From a virus, in the IMG/VR virus record IMGVR_UViG_3300045988_079296, positions 32,001 to 96,000 of that record: DNA of 64,000 bases; one strand, given 5' to 3'. The number at the start of each line of letters is the position of its first letter. Positions within the stretch are counted from its first letter, which is position 1. A model generated the notes under the pieces. That model was not told the DNA's origin. It did no database searches and worked only from the letters and a program-made list of their open reading frames with translations. Shown here one piece after another: positions 27,027 through 35,372 of the stretch. Position numbers and translations under genes: made by a program.

Positions 27027-27224
27027 TTATCCCCAAATTACATAATTAAGAAAATCTACAACTCCATCCCACCAATCGAAGAATGGGAACATAACGTATC
27101 TGATGAACAACCAAGATAACGTTCCGTAGGTTATGCACTGCCAAATCTTTCTATACTTCGGTTTAAGAACCTTCTTTCCAAACCGTCCGTCAATTGCGTA
27201 TAATACTTTCATAATCGTTTTCAT
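27027..27224 (-). CDS. small membrane protein
   Basis: 65 aa from ATG 27224 (MKTIMKVLYAI...), with an ATGA overlap with the upstream stop. The track's longer ORF overlaps the neighbouring gene. Confidence 0.45.
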   Translation of the reverse strand: MKTIMKVLYAIDGRFGKKVLKPKYRKIWQCITYGTLSWLFIRYVMFPFFDWWDGVVDFLNYVIWG

Positions 27225-27409
27225 GACAATTCTGAATTGATAATCTTTTGCGTTTCTCTCTTCTCTATCTTCCTCACAATCTTGCGAAGAATTTTTCTGT
27301 ACTTCGTTCTTCCTCTCCGAACTCCTTTGCATTGACCTTTCCAGTCGCATAGTTCTATGAAGTCCCAACCGAAGTGAACTGAAATTTGTTTATAATTCCT
27401 TCTTTTCAT
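27221..27409 (-). CDS. small highly basic protein
   Basis: 62 aa from ATG 27409 (MKRRNYKQ...), with a TAATG overlap with the upstream stop. Confidence 0.45.
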   Translation of the reverse strand: MKRRNYKQISVHFGWDFIELCDWKGQCKGVRRGRTKYRKILRKIVRKIEKRETQKIINSELS

Positions 27410-27951
27410 TATTTCTTGAGCTTTGAGATAATTAACGTTGTTAACAAAATTCCTACCAAACAAGCAACTCCGATTAAAGAGCATTTCAGATTGAACTCAA
27501 AGAAAGCTCCGATACTTCCCCAAATGAACTTGATGTAGAAGTAGCTCCCTAATAGAGCTACCAAAACTATGATTGCTAAACTTCTTCCTTTCATGACGCT
27601 TATTTCTTGTAAATGAATATATACCCGTCTTTGCCTTTGCATTGACCGCTTTCGCAAGATACGAACTCCACTGAATAAATCTCGGTTGCGGCTTCCAACG
27701 TTTTTGCGTTCGTCACTTACAGCCCATTCGTCTATCAATTTCACATCGGTCTTAACTGAACGTCCAGTTGTGTATCGGTTTTCTGACCTTGTTCCTTCTA
27801 TCCCGTACCAATCTACAAGCTGTTTTGCGTAGTTCCAAATTGCATCACCCTTCTTTGTAGGTGCTCCGAAGTCACATGCGTCTCCATAAATTTTAACGCT
27901 TCTCTTTGTAATTTCTTCTACGGCTTTGTAGCCTTCTCTGTAAACTGCCAT
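27409..27951 (-). CDS. hypothetical protein with C-terminal double TM segment
   Basis: 180 aa. It is the first gene after promoter P3. The C-terminus reads SLAIIVLVALLGSYFYIKFIW...LIGVACLVGILLTTLII. Confidence 0.55.
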   Translation of the reverse strand: MAVYREGYKAVEEITKRSVKIYGDACDFGAPTKKGDAIWNYAKQLVDWYGIEGTRSENRYTTGRSVKTDVKLIDEWAVSDERKNVGSRNRDLFSGVRILRKRSMQRQRRVYIHLQEISVMKGRSLAIIVLVALLGSYFYIKFIWGSIGAFFEFNLKCSLIGVACLVGILLTTLIISKLKK

Positions 27952-27978
27952 ATCTTTGTATTTTTAATGTTTCTGTTA

Positions 27979-28009
27979 CAAAGGTAAGGACTATTTTCCA
28001 AACGGCAAA
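27979..28009 (-). promoter_or_regulatory. Bacteroidota sigma-A-type promoter P3
   Basis: The minus strand reads TTTG(28009-28006), 19 nt, TACCTTTG(27986-27979). A 34-nt stretch is identical to P5. Confidence 0.8.
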
Positions 28010-28046
28010 AAGAAAAGCGAAGAATTTTGGTAAAAACTTCGCTTTT
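28005..28046 (-). terminator. rho-independent terminator overlapping the P3 -33 box
   Basis: Perfect 10-bp stem aaaagcgaag (28013-28022) / cttcgctttt (28037-28046). Its T-run supplies the TTTG of P3. Confidence 0.75.
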
Positions 28047-28071
28047 TAACGTTTTGGCGGTATTTATTAAC

Positions 28072-28497
28072 TTATTTTGCCATTCTCACAACTATCTCCA
28101 CATCTGAAAAGTCGCTTGCAAAAGAACAAGAACGAATATCATAGGAATGACTTCCAGTGTTAATCGTAGTAAGCACCAAAGGATAATAAGTCAACACGCT
28201 TAACTCGGTAGGAGCGGATGTCAAAGCATAAGACGTTACAAGGTTTGAAGCTGCCTGACCTCCGAAGCGTTCAGATACTATTTTAACCGTCATAGGAACG
28301 TCAGAGGATGCTTGTATGCTCACTTCTGTCTCCGTCTTTAAGGAGATTATGAGATTCAAGTTTCCTATCTTAGCATTGATGGGAGCGGTCTTTAAGTTTC
28401 CGTTTAAAACTATCGGCTTGTAACTTACAAAGTCCAATCCTCCTTCTACTCCATTGTCAATCTCTTCTCCCGTATATGCGCTTTGATAATCTTCCAT
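28072..28497 (-). CDS. hypothetical protein
   Basis: 141 aa with an ATG start. Confidence 0.5.
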   Translation of the reverse strand: MEDYQSAYTGEEIDNGVEGGLDFVSYKPIVLNGNLKTAPINAKIGNLNLIISLKTETEVSIQASSDVPMTVKIVSERFGGQAASNLVTSYALTSAPTELSVLTYYPLVLTTINTGSHSYDIRSCSFASDFSDVEIVVRMAK

Positions 28498-28655
28498 TAT
28501 TGTTTAACTTTAAATTTGTTTCCTCCTTTTGTCGCAAAAGTTTCACCGCTGGAAGTTTTCAAATATCCCTTTCCTTCAACTGGCGGAGAAGTGCTTGGTT
28601 TGAGTTTTGTGCTTCCGCTCAACTTACCAATTGAACCTAACTTACCAACTCTCAT
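28497..28655 (-). CDS. small Gly/Lys/Ser-rich protein (below ORF-track cutoff)
   Basis: 52 aa, MRVGKLGSIGKLSGSTKLKPSTSPP.... Its stop overlaps the next ATG as TAATG. Confidence 0.3.
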   Translation of the reverse strand: MRVGKLGSIGKLSGSTKLKPSTSPPVEGKGYLKTSSGETFATKGGNKFKVKQ

Positions 28656-28659
28656 GGCA

Positions 28660-28923
28660 TCAATACATTACGTTAATAGAACCCGAAACAAGTTCCAATT
28701 TAGAGTCAATGTAGAAATATTCCGTTTCTCCTTCGGATATTACTACACCATCACCTGGCTGGTTTTCCAAGCGAATAACGGCATCACCGCCAGTCGCCTT
28801 AACTCGGATAAACTGATTGGGAGTTATTTGCTCTACAACTCCTGCTGCGCTTACGTTCAAACCCATACTTAGACGGGCAACTTGTACGGAGCGACTGTTT
28901 GCATCTACATAAAGACTTTTCAT
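28660..28923 (-). CDS. hypothetical protein
   Basis: The track start at 28959 is TTG inside a terminator. ATG 28923 (MKSLYVDAN) is preferred. Confidence 0.5.
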   Translation of the reverse strand: MKSLYVDANSRSVQVARLSMGLNVSAAGVVEQITPNQFIRVKATGGDAVIRLENQPGDGVVISEGETEYFYIDSKLELVSGSINVMY

Positions 28924-28929
28924 ATTTTT

Positions 28930-28975
28930 ACAAATTAAAAAAGGAGTATAAAACCCCAATGTTGTTATACTCCTT
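28930..28975 (-). terminator. rho-independent terminator
   Basis: Perfect 11-bp stem aaggagtataa (28941-28951) / ttatactcctt (28965-28975). On the minus strand it is followed by ttttttaattt. Confidence 0.8.
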
Positions 28976-28984
28976 TAATAGTTG

Positions 28985-29227
28985 TTATTGTTTGACTCTT
29001 ATCCTGGGCGGGTTATGCTCGTCCAGCGTGTTCCCGTCCTTCCTCATTTCGTACCGAAGTGTATCAAAACCCAATTCCACACGTTCATATTTCCAAACTC
29101 TCATAATTACGGTTGTATCTGTTCTTGATACTTCCTCTTTGTACGTTACTTTCGTTGGGTCTTTGTCGGAACATTCCGTCAGGAATAAGAACCCAAGAAA
29201 GCATAAACATAGAAAATACATTTTCAT
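28985..29227 (-). CDS. small secreted protein, possible lipoprotein
   Basis: 80 aa. The signal peptide MKMYFLCLCFLGFLFLTEC is followed by SDKD. Glu at -1 is atypical for a lipobox. Confidence 0.45.
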   Translation of the reverse strand: MKMYFLCLCFLGFLFLTECSDKDPTKVTYKEEVSRTDTTVIMRVWKYERVELGFDTLRYEMRKDGNTLDEHNPPRIRVKQ

Positions 29228-29385
29228 AGGTCGTGTATTTTTAATCCGTTAATAACTTCCCAACCTTCGGAGCGGAGTTTGTCTTCAACTTTGTCTCGGC
29301 TCTCCGCTTCCACTTCGGTCTTTTGTAACTTGATTTGTTCTTTTCGGCTTCTACTACCGAAAAATTTGACTTTAAACTTCTTCAT
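29224..29385 (-). CDS. small protein (below ORF-track cutoff)
   Basis: 53 aa, MKKFKVKFFGSRSRKEQIKLQ.... It has an ATGA overlap with the next gene. Confidence 0.3.
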   Translation of the reverse strand: MKKFKVKFFGSRSRKEQIKLQKTEVEAESRDKVEDKLRSEGWEVINGLKIHDL

Positions 29386-29599
29386 ATTCTACATCAATTG
29401 CTCTTGCTTTCATTTTGTCCAAACTCGCTCTTTGTTCTGGTGTGAACCGCTTCTTCGGCTCTCCTTCCCATTTCTCTTCGGGTTGAGTATTATCGTAGTA
29501 AGTACGATTGCGCCAAGTCTCTCTTGACATGTTATCACTCATTCCCGAAGTCCTGTACATAAATTCAAACCATTCATCTATCCAATCGAACCTTCCCAT
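29372..29599 (-). CDS. hypothetical protein
   Basis: 75 aa with an ATG start. Confidence 0.45.
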   Translation of the reverse strand: MGRFDWIDEWFEFMYRTSGMSDNMSRETWRNRTYYDNTQPEEKWEGEPKKRFTPEQRASLDKMKARAIDVEYEEV

Positions 29600-30821
29600 A
29601 TTTAAACCATTTATTTTCGATAACTTTGATGTAATAATCCCTTACCCAAGTTGGACTTGCCGTTGCGTAGAAAGCATCGCTATCGCAGAAGTTATCCCAA
29701 AACGGCTTCCCGAACCCGATACGGACAAACTCTTCATCCAATATATCCTCACAACGTGTTTGCATTACATGCCATCCTTCTTCTCCAAGGGTCATAGACT
29801 TCAAGCGGTCTATAATGCGTGACAAACTGCCCCCTTGAACCCGTTCAGTGTATAAGATAGGACTTACAATGCCCATAGCAGCAAGATAGTCGGTGAGGTT
29901 CATTCCCGTTGGTATCTCGTCTTTAAAGCATCCTACGGGCACGGAAAGCTCTTGTAATGACGCAATCTTATTGTCCCATACTTCCTTATTCAAGTTTATC
30001 CATTCCCGAACGTCTGGACGGGTATCGTAAATGTTGAAATAGCGTTCTTTCTCTGCTGCATTTGGGTAAATAACCAAGTACGGTATTCCCAAGGCTTTGA
30101 ATATCTTCCTTGCTTCGGGATGCATGGCACAAACGATAATTCTGCCCCGTTGAAGCTCCTTCGATATTTTGCGAGCATAGTTGATTGGAAACTCTGGATT
30201 GATGATACCCTTCTCTTTGTCTAAGTAGTAATGTTCTGAAAAGAAACAATCTACAAATCGGCTATCTACGTTTGTCAAGAATGTTTTACCAATCCCTGGA
30301 TAACCACATATTGCTCTGATAGTGCCTTGCTTAAACGCTTCTTGTATAGCAAGACGGTTTGTTGTTACTTCCATAATAATGCTATGATTAAAAAGGATTG
30401 CTAAAACTCCGCATAATATCCATGCTTTCTTATCGGAGCTTTTAACTACATGTTGAATGTGCGCTCCTGCCGCTTTGAGTTCTTGAACCTCTTCATCCAA
30501 GAATAGGTCATTACCATTATTCCACTTGATTATTGCTTTTCTACAAGCATCGTTCAACGGCTTCATAAGTTCTTCGGGATAACCATATGAAAGGTCATAA
30601 CGGGCATCGCCTTTGTGTACTTCGCCAAACATAGCTTGACCAGTCTCTGGGCTTCCTCTGAATTGCCATTCCGTTCTTAGAAAGCCAGGCACTGTTTTAG
30701 CGGTTATGAAATAAATACCATCCTCATCATCCATAGATACTTTGGTAATGATAGGAGCGGTTGAGAAGTATTTCTGTAATATCTTCTCCGCTTGTTCTTT
30801 GTTACAATGTATTACTGACAT
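29574..30821 (-). CDS. two-domain protein with C-terminal P-loop nucleotide/nucleic-acid kinase-like domain
   Basis: Walker A is CGYPGIGKTFL. The fold pattern is adenylate-kinase-like (RIIVCAMHPEARKIF..LVIYPN). The track start at 30869 is TTG, so ATG 30821 (MSVIHCNK) is preferred. Confidence 0.55.
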   Translation of the reverse strand: MSVIHCNKEQAEKILQKYFSTAPIITKVSMDDEDGIYFITAKTVPGFLRTEWQFRGSPETGQAMFGEVHKGDARYDLSYGYPEELMKPLNDACRKAIIKWNNGNDLFLDEEVQELKAAGAHIQHVVKSSDKKAWILCGVLAILFNHSIIMEVTTNRLAIQEAFKQGTIRAICGYPGIGKTFLTNVDSRFVDCFFSEHYYLDKEKGIINPEFPINYARKISKELQRGRIIVCAMHPEARKIFKALGIPYLVIYPNAAEKERYFNIYDTRPDVREWINLNKEVWDNKIASLQELSVPVGCFKDEIPTGMNLTDYLAAMGIVSPILYTERVQGGSLSRIIDRLKSMTLGEEGWHVMQTRCEDILDEEFVRIGFGKPFWDNFCDSDAFYATASPTWVRDYYIKVIENKWFKYGKVRLDR

Positions 30822-30835
30822 GATTCGATTTTGTT

Positions 30836-31048
30836 TTACAATAATCCAGCTTTTACCATTTCTCGGCAATCCTTACAAACCTTAGTGGGCGGCGTTACAT
30901 AATTTTCAGGCAAAGTGTCTGAAAGGTGACCGCAATATTTGCAATAAAAGTACATCGGAGAACCCGCAGGCAATAAGTTGTTATTCTTTTGCTCAGGTTG
31001 ATTTTTTAAGCGTTCTTCAAACGCTCTCTTCATTTCTTCCTTTTCCAT
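30836..31048 (-). CDS. zinc-ribbon protein
   Basis: 70 aa from ATG 31048 (the track start is TTG). It has two CxxC pairs, CKYCGH ... CKDC. Confidence 0.5.
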   Translation of the reverse strand: MEKEEMKRAFEERLKNQPEQKNNNLLPAGSPMYFYCKYCGHLSDTLPENYVTPPTKVCKDCREMVKAGLL

Positions 31049-31051
31049 ATT

Positions 31052-31067
31052 CAATTTGATTTACAAT
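31052..31067 (-). promoter_or_regulatory. conserved leader motif copy 3
   Basis: caatttgatttacaat, 3 nt upstream of ATG 31048. Confidence 0.65.
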
Positions 31068-31084
31068 TTTGTTAATTAACTTTG

Positions 31085-31288
31085 TTAAACTCTTTGGGTC
31101 GCAAACTCAATTCTGAATTTCTTATTCTTCAAAGTTGGTCGCTTCTCCAATACAAACTTCTCGACTTCCTTTATGTCGATAGGAAATAAAGGACAATAAT
31201 GGTAAGGAATTTGAGTCAAGAACTTCTCCCCTACCATTATATCAAGATAAATCACTTTCAACCCACTATTCTCCATCCCGTTTCCCAT
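31085..31288 (-). CDS. hypothetical protein
   Basis: 67 aa. The ATG is at 31288 (alternative at 31276). It overlaps the upstream gene. Confidence 0.4.
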   Translation of the reverse strand: MGNGMENSGLKVIYLDIMVGEKFLTQIPYHYCPLFPIDIKEVEKFVLEKRPTLKNKKFRIEFATQRV

Positions 31289-31482
31289 TCCTTACCTTGG
31301 CGGTGAGCCCAAAAATCATCTGCTGGTATCTGTAAGCCTTCTTCGTCTATATAGAAGTTTGACCCATCTTCTTCACAATAACCTCCCCAAATGTACTCTC
31401 CTTCTCCGAAAAATCGGTGGGCAACTTTATACCCACCTTGTTCCATAGCCGCAATAGCAGCTTCTTTTGTCATATCTTCCAT
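31258..31482 (-). CDS. hypothetical protein
   Basis: 74 aa with a TAATG junction to the upstream gene. Confidence 0.45.
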   Translation of the reverse strand: MEDMTKEAAIAAMEQGGYKVAHRFFGEGEYIWGGYCEEDGSNFYIDEEGLQIPADDFWAHRQGKEWETGWRIVG

Positions 31483-31715
31483 TATTCAAGTCCTTTTAGA
31501 AATATGCGCCCAATTGAGCTTGGTGAATAAATCTTAGTAGTATTGGGATATTGACCTATAAAAGATACATTTGTCAAAGGTCTCCACTTTGATTCCCAAA
31601 TGCTTCCTCCGTCCATTTCTTTGAGCTTCTCATATATTTTTAGGCAATCTTCGGCATCCTTCTTATGCTCTTCCATCTTCAATTGCTTCTGTAAGCTATC
31701 ATATAACTTTCCCAT
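31482..31715 (-). CDS. hypothetical protein
   Basis: 77 aa with an ATG start. Confidence 0.45.
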   Translation of the reverse strand: MGKLYDSLQKQLKMEEHKKDAEDCLKIYEKLKEMDGGSIWESKWRPLTNVSFIGQYPNTTKIYSPSSIGRIFLKGLE

Positions 31716-31716
31716 A

Positions 31717-32166
31717 TCAAGATATTGTTTTACGCCATAACTCGTTCAGTTCCTTCTCCGATACTTCAACAGAGGTGTCTGGGTAGGTTAATACCAATTG
31801 CTTAGCGAAGTTGATATGATTGTGACCAAAATCTCCCATGCCTACGCTATTCATTTCTTGGGCATCCGATAGATGACTCATAATAGCCATTTGTACCTGA
31901 ATATGGCGTTCTCCCTTCGCTCTCGGAACTTCGTCAGTTATCCACTTGCGCTCCGTTAAATCCACGTCATAGGCTTGTTGAACTACTTCTACGATTTTGC
32001 CCGTATATCCGCAAATACCTTCCCATTCCAACCAAATCTTGAGTAGGTCATATCCGCTCTTTTCTTCCAATTCTTCTTGAGTGTACTTTGGGTCATCGCT
32101 CCAATCAGCGGTTACATTCTCCAAAATCCAATCTATCAATTCCGCTCTGTTTTCTGTTGTTGCCAT
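31717..32166 (-). CDS. hypothetical protein
   Basis: The track ORF to 32247 translates the leader motif. ATG 32166 (MATTENRAE) is preferred. Confidence 0.5.
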   Translation of the reverse strand: MATTENRAELIDWILENVTADWSDDPKYTQEELEEKSGYDLLKIWLEWEGICGYTGKIVEVVQQAYDVDLTERKWITDEVPRAKGERHIQVQMAIMSHLSDAQEMNSVGMGDFGHNHINFAKQLVLTYPDTSVEVSEKELNELWRKTIS

Positions 32167-32170
32167 AATA

Positions 32171-32356
32171 TCAATTTGTTTTACGATTTTTGTTATTAAC
32201 CTTGGGGCAAGTGGCGTATTTACAAGAACCTCCTGCGTTCCCTTCATTTGTGCAAGTCGCTCTTGCTATCTTAGAAGCATCCCTCACCCATTTAAGATGA
32301 GGGCATGAATCTTGCTTCTTGTAAAAGTCCTTAACCTTTTCTTGCTCTGATTTCAT
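32171..32356 (-). CDS. small Cys-rich protein
   Basis: 61 aa with an ATGA overlap with the upstream gene. It has four Cys (CPH...C..........C....CP). Its 3' end runs into the leader motif. Confidence 0.4.
   Translation of the reverse strand: MKSEQEKVKDFYKKQDSCPHLKWVRDASKIARATCTNEGNAGGSCKYATCPKVNNKNRKTN
32172..32187 (-). promoter_or_regulatory. conserved leader motif copy 4 (variant caatttgttttacgat)
   Basis: 5 nt upstream of ATG 32166. Confidence 0.6.
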
Positions 32357-32832
32357 ATTTTGTTCTTGTTATAGATTATCGGATAAATCGAAGTATAAAA
32401 ACCTTCTTTGGAAACAATATCAACTACGGTATTTTGCTCATATTCTCCCAACGCCATATATTCTTCTTGACTTGGGTCTCTTCCTAAAGCAAGCTCCATA
32501 GTGATATCAGCGTACTTTTCGCCTACCTTATTCCAAGCATGCTCAATTCCGAACGTTCCGCAGCAAGTCATTTTCCCCTCAACATATTTAACCTCTGGAA
32601 AGATATGAGCGAACAAAGTTGCATTACGATAGCATTCTTTCACTTGAGGCTTGACGAACGTCTTTATTGCTTTAATCTCGTCTGGGGAAAATACTTTGGA
32701 TAGTCTTACAACCTCAACGCTCCTTGCGTCTTTTAGCATTTGATTGTAGAACTCCTTTTGTCTCCCTTCCATAAAACCTGCAAAGGTGCGGAGTTCTACA
32801 ATCAGACTATTCTCTTTTACTTCGGTGCTCAT
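32353..32832 (-). CDS. transglutaminase-like / papain-fold putative cysteine peptidase
   Basis: 159 aa. The Cys is in KECYRNATLFAHIF. His and Asp are in GIEHAWNKVGEKYADIT, which matches the HAW..V....D.T core of the transglutaminase-like superfamily. Confidence 0.45.
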   Translation of the reverse strand: MSTEVKENSLIVELRTFAGFMEGRQKEFYNQMLKDARSVEVVRLSKVFSPDEIKAIKTFVKPQVKECYRNATLFAHIFPEVKYVEGKMTCCGTFGIEHAWNKVGEKYADITMELALGRDPSQEEYMALGEYEQNTVVDIVSKEGFYTSIYPIIYNKNKI

Positions 32833-34127
32833 TTCTTGATAAGTCCTTCGGGTATGTAATCAATTCCGTATCTCTTAAACATCGCTGTAACGCTATCTAT
32901 GTTACAAGCCTTGCGGTCTCCATCCTTCTCAAAGAACTTTTGGTCAGCGGTTATGGTATAACCTTTCATGATAAGTTTGAACGCTTCCTTTTGTGCATCG
33001 CTCGGCTTCTTGTTACCTTTAGCGGTCTTAACGGGAAGAGCTATAAATTCAGCAATTGTAAGCTGTTTCGGAGCTTCGGGTGAGTTCTTCTTCGTCTCAC
33101 CCTTCTTCGTTTGCTTAGCATTGCTCTTTCCAGCCTTCGCTGCTTTCGTAGCAGTCTGCTTCTTATCCGCTTTCTTAGTCTCGGACTTCGGAGCGGTTTC
33201 AGTCTTTGGCTTCGCTCCCGTCTTTTGCTTCATCGTTGGGATAGTACGCCAATCAAATTTTCCTGGTTGGTATTCCGTCCACATCCATTTACCATTCTTG
33301 TGAATGTCACCTACCTTCTTGGTTGACTTCGGAGCAGAAGCGGTCTTTGCCTCTTCCTGCTTGTCCTCTTTTTTCGGCTCTGCCTTCTTGGTAGCCTTCG
33401 TTGTCTTCTTAGCTTTCGGAGCTTCATCAACGATACCTGCTGCTTCCAAACCTGCCTTGGTTATTGTTCCGTCAAAGTAAGAGTCACCGTTGGATGCTAA
33501 AACCATACCTTTAGAGCAAAGTGAAGACATCGTGCCTGAAAGTGAGCTTGTACTTCTCGCCCTTTCCAGTTTGAGTTCGGATAGAACAAACGCATCATCC
33601 TCACCGTAATGTTTTGCGTTCACCGCCATAGCTTGAAGAACTTCCAACTCATTCTTGGTCAGTTTCACTTCTTCGGTCTTTACTTCCTCAGCCTTGGGTT
33701 GAGCCTTCTTAGCGGTTGCTGATTTACCCATACCTTTCTGAAGTTCCACAGTTACCGCTTTCTTGCCCTTGGTAGCTTTCTCAACAAGCTCTTTTTGAGC
33801 CTTGGTTAGCTTCGCTTTCTTCGGAGCTTCTTCCACTGCCTTCTTACATGCTTCCTTAGCATCTGCGAAGTTTACCAAACGACTGGTAAGGATAGCTTTG
33901 ATGTCCTCGTTCGTTACTTCGGAGTCATCAAGCATCTTAACCAATTCAAACTCGTTATCCCAATTTTCAAGAATATACGCTGCTTGTAGCTTCGCTTCCT
34001 TGGCGGCTGGTCTCTTACCCTTAGACAGACTTGCCATCTTTACACTTTTCAGTTCGTTCAATTTAACGATACGGCTGTCCATTACTTCGTTTACGTTCTC
34101 GGCTGTTTGATTTGCTGTTGCTTTCAT
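32829..34127 (-). CDS. Lys/Ala/Glu-rich early protein with winged-helix-like core and WxWTEYxPGKFDWR motif
   Basis: 432 aa. It is the first gene after promoter P4. It has long KA(P)K tracts, LEVLQAMAVNAKHYG...SLCSKGMV, and VGDIHKNGKWMWTEYQPGKFDWRTI encoded at 33314-33240. Confidence 0.6.
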   Translation of the reverse strand: MKATANQTAENVNEVMDSRIVKLNELKSVKMASLSKGKRPAAKEAKLQAAYILENWDNEFELVKMLDDSEVTNEDIKAILTSRLVNFADAKEACKKAVEEAPKKAKLTKAQKELVEKATKGKKAVTVELQKGMGKSATAKKAQPKAEEVKTEEVKLTKNELEVLQAMAVNAKHYGEDDAFVLSELKLERARSTSSLSGTMSSLCSKGMVLASNGDSYFDGTITKAGLEAAGIVDEAPKAKKTTKATKKAEPKKEDKQEEAKTASAPKSTKKVGDIHKNGKWMWTEYQPGKFDWRTIPTMKQKTGAKPKTETAPKSETKKADKKQTATKAAKAGKSNAKQTKKGETKKNSPEAPKQLTIAEFIALPVKTAKGNKKPSDAQKEAFKLIMKGYTITADQKFFEKDGDRKACNIDSVTAMFKRYGIDYIPEGLIKK

Positions 34128-34215
34128 AATTCTGAATATTAAGTTGTTTATAAATTATCTGTTTATTGTTTCTAACTTTGTAACCTTTAACAGTTGTTCC
34201 GTTATGATTACGTTA

Positions 34216-34246
34216 CAAAGGTACGAACAATAAATTAATCTACAAA
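34216..34246 (-). promoter_or_regulatory. Bacteroidota sigma-A-type promoter P4
   Basis: The minus strand reads TTTG(34246-34243), 19 nt, TACCTTTG(34223-34216). The leader to ATG 34127 is about 89 nt. Confidence 0.75.
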
Positions 34247-34315
34247 ACTTTTTCCAAATTATTTTTGGTAAATCGCCAATATTTAACTTTTCTTGGTAAC
34301 TTTTTAACTAAACGC

Positions 34316-34353
34316 CAATAAAAAAGCTCCGATTTATCGCAAACCAGAGCTTT
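34316..34353 (-). terminator. rho-independent terminator
   Basis: Stem aaagctc (34323-34329) / gagcttt (34347-34353). On the minus strand it is followed by tttatt. Confidence 0.55.
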
Positions 34354-34409
34354 CTCGGTTGACAGTCCTGCAACGTCTTGTCAAACCATTATTATGAAAA
34401 TAGTCTATG

Positions 34410-34943
34410 TTACAATATCTCTCGCATCACCAACATAGTATATCGTTCTTCAACGCTTTGTTTCATTTCCGTATCGCCTGCATTGATAGCCTTCAATTGG
34501 GCTTGAGCTTCCTTCTCTTCCATTCCCAAGAGATAAACCATATACTCATAATCCCGAATGTCTTGTATCGTAATAGTAGGAGTTACAACCGTACCAATAA
34601 GATTGCACGTAAATAGAACATGACAACGGTTATTGCCTGGGCGGTTATCTCTCGCCACTACCATATATTTGAATCCCGTCATTGCGTTCATCGGGGTTAT
34701 CTCCTTAATCACCCACCCGTTCCGTAGGATAACGGCAGGAGTAGGTTTCATTCGTTTCCAAGCAATTTCTGCCACTCTACGCTTCAACTCTTCGTAGGAT
34801 AGTTCAGAAGCCTTCTTAACCTTCAGCAAGCGGTTTAAACCGAATGTATCAATCATCTTCTGACGGGTGAACCGTATCATGTAGAATAAAGAGCCTGCAA
34901 TAATCAGCGTCACAAGCGCACAGAGTAATAATGTAAGTGTCAT
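34410..34943 (-). CDS. membrane-anchored hypothetical protein
   Basis: 177 aa with an N-terminal TM segment, LTLLLCALVTLIIAGSLFYMI. Confidence 0.5.
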   Translation of the reverse strand: MTLTLLLCALVTLIIAGSLFYMIRFTRQKMIDTFGLNRLLKVKKASELSYEELKRRVAEIAWKRMKPTPAVILRNGWVIKEITPMNAMTGFKYMVVARDNRPGNNRCHVLFTCNLIGTVVTPTITIQDIRDYEYMVYLLGMEEKEAQAQLKAINAGDTEMKQSVEERYTMLVMREIL

Positions 34944-35170
34944 AATGTTTCCCTTTCGTATTTAATTGTTAATTTAAGTTTTGTTTGCTCTTCGGGCATT
35001 GGTATTTCTTCGTAGGTGAAATTGACCTCCGCTTCTGCTCCAACTTCCCGTTTGACTTCTCTCCGATACTCTTCCAAGTCCTTGACTTTGGCGGTACGCT
35101 TATCAAGATGCCTATGACCATTCTGGGTGATATGCGTCCTGCGGATTGCATAATAATACTTTTGTTCCAT
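34940..35170 (-). CDS. hypothetical protein
   Basis: 76 aa with an ATGA overlap downstream. Confidence 0.45.
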   Translation of the reverse strand: MEQKYYYAIRRTHITQNGHRHLDKRTAKVKDLEEYRREVKREVGAEAEVNFTYEEIPMPEEQTKLKLTIKYERETL

Positions 35171-35171
35171 T

Positions 35172-35369
35172 TTAGTTTACAATTTTAATGTTCCTTTTGT
35201 ACGGTATTATAATTGTTCCAACGTAAGGATACAAGCCGCCTTCACCTTGTACGATAGTTCTGATGCGGTAGGTTTTGGCGTATTCACCAAGAACTTCTAC
35301 GGGCATAGAGAAATTGCCGTAATACAATATTGCCCTTTTAGGCTCGGAGTATTCTTGATAAGTTGCCAT
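35172..35369 (-). CDS. hypothetical protein
   Basis: 65 aa with an ATG start. Confidence 0.45.
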   Translation of the reverse strand: MATYQEYSEPKRAILYYGNFSMPVEVLGEYAKTYRIRTIVQGEGGLYPYVGTIIIPYKRNIKIVN

Positions 35370-35372
35370 GGC

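Noticed and set aside
27409-27951. Splitting the 180-aa ORF into a soluble protein plus a separate 61-aa membrane protein starting at MKGRSLAII
   Set aside because: The frame is continuous with no stop, and the internal ATG has no distinguishing context. It is kept as one CDS, though an internal start cannot be excluded.
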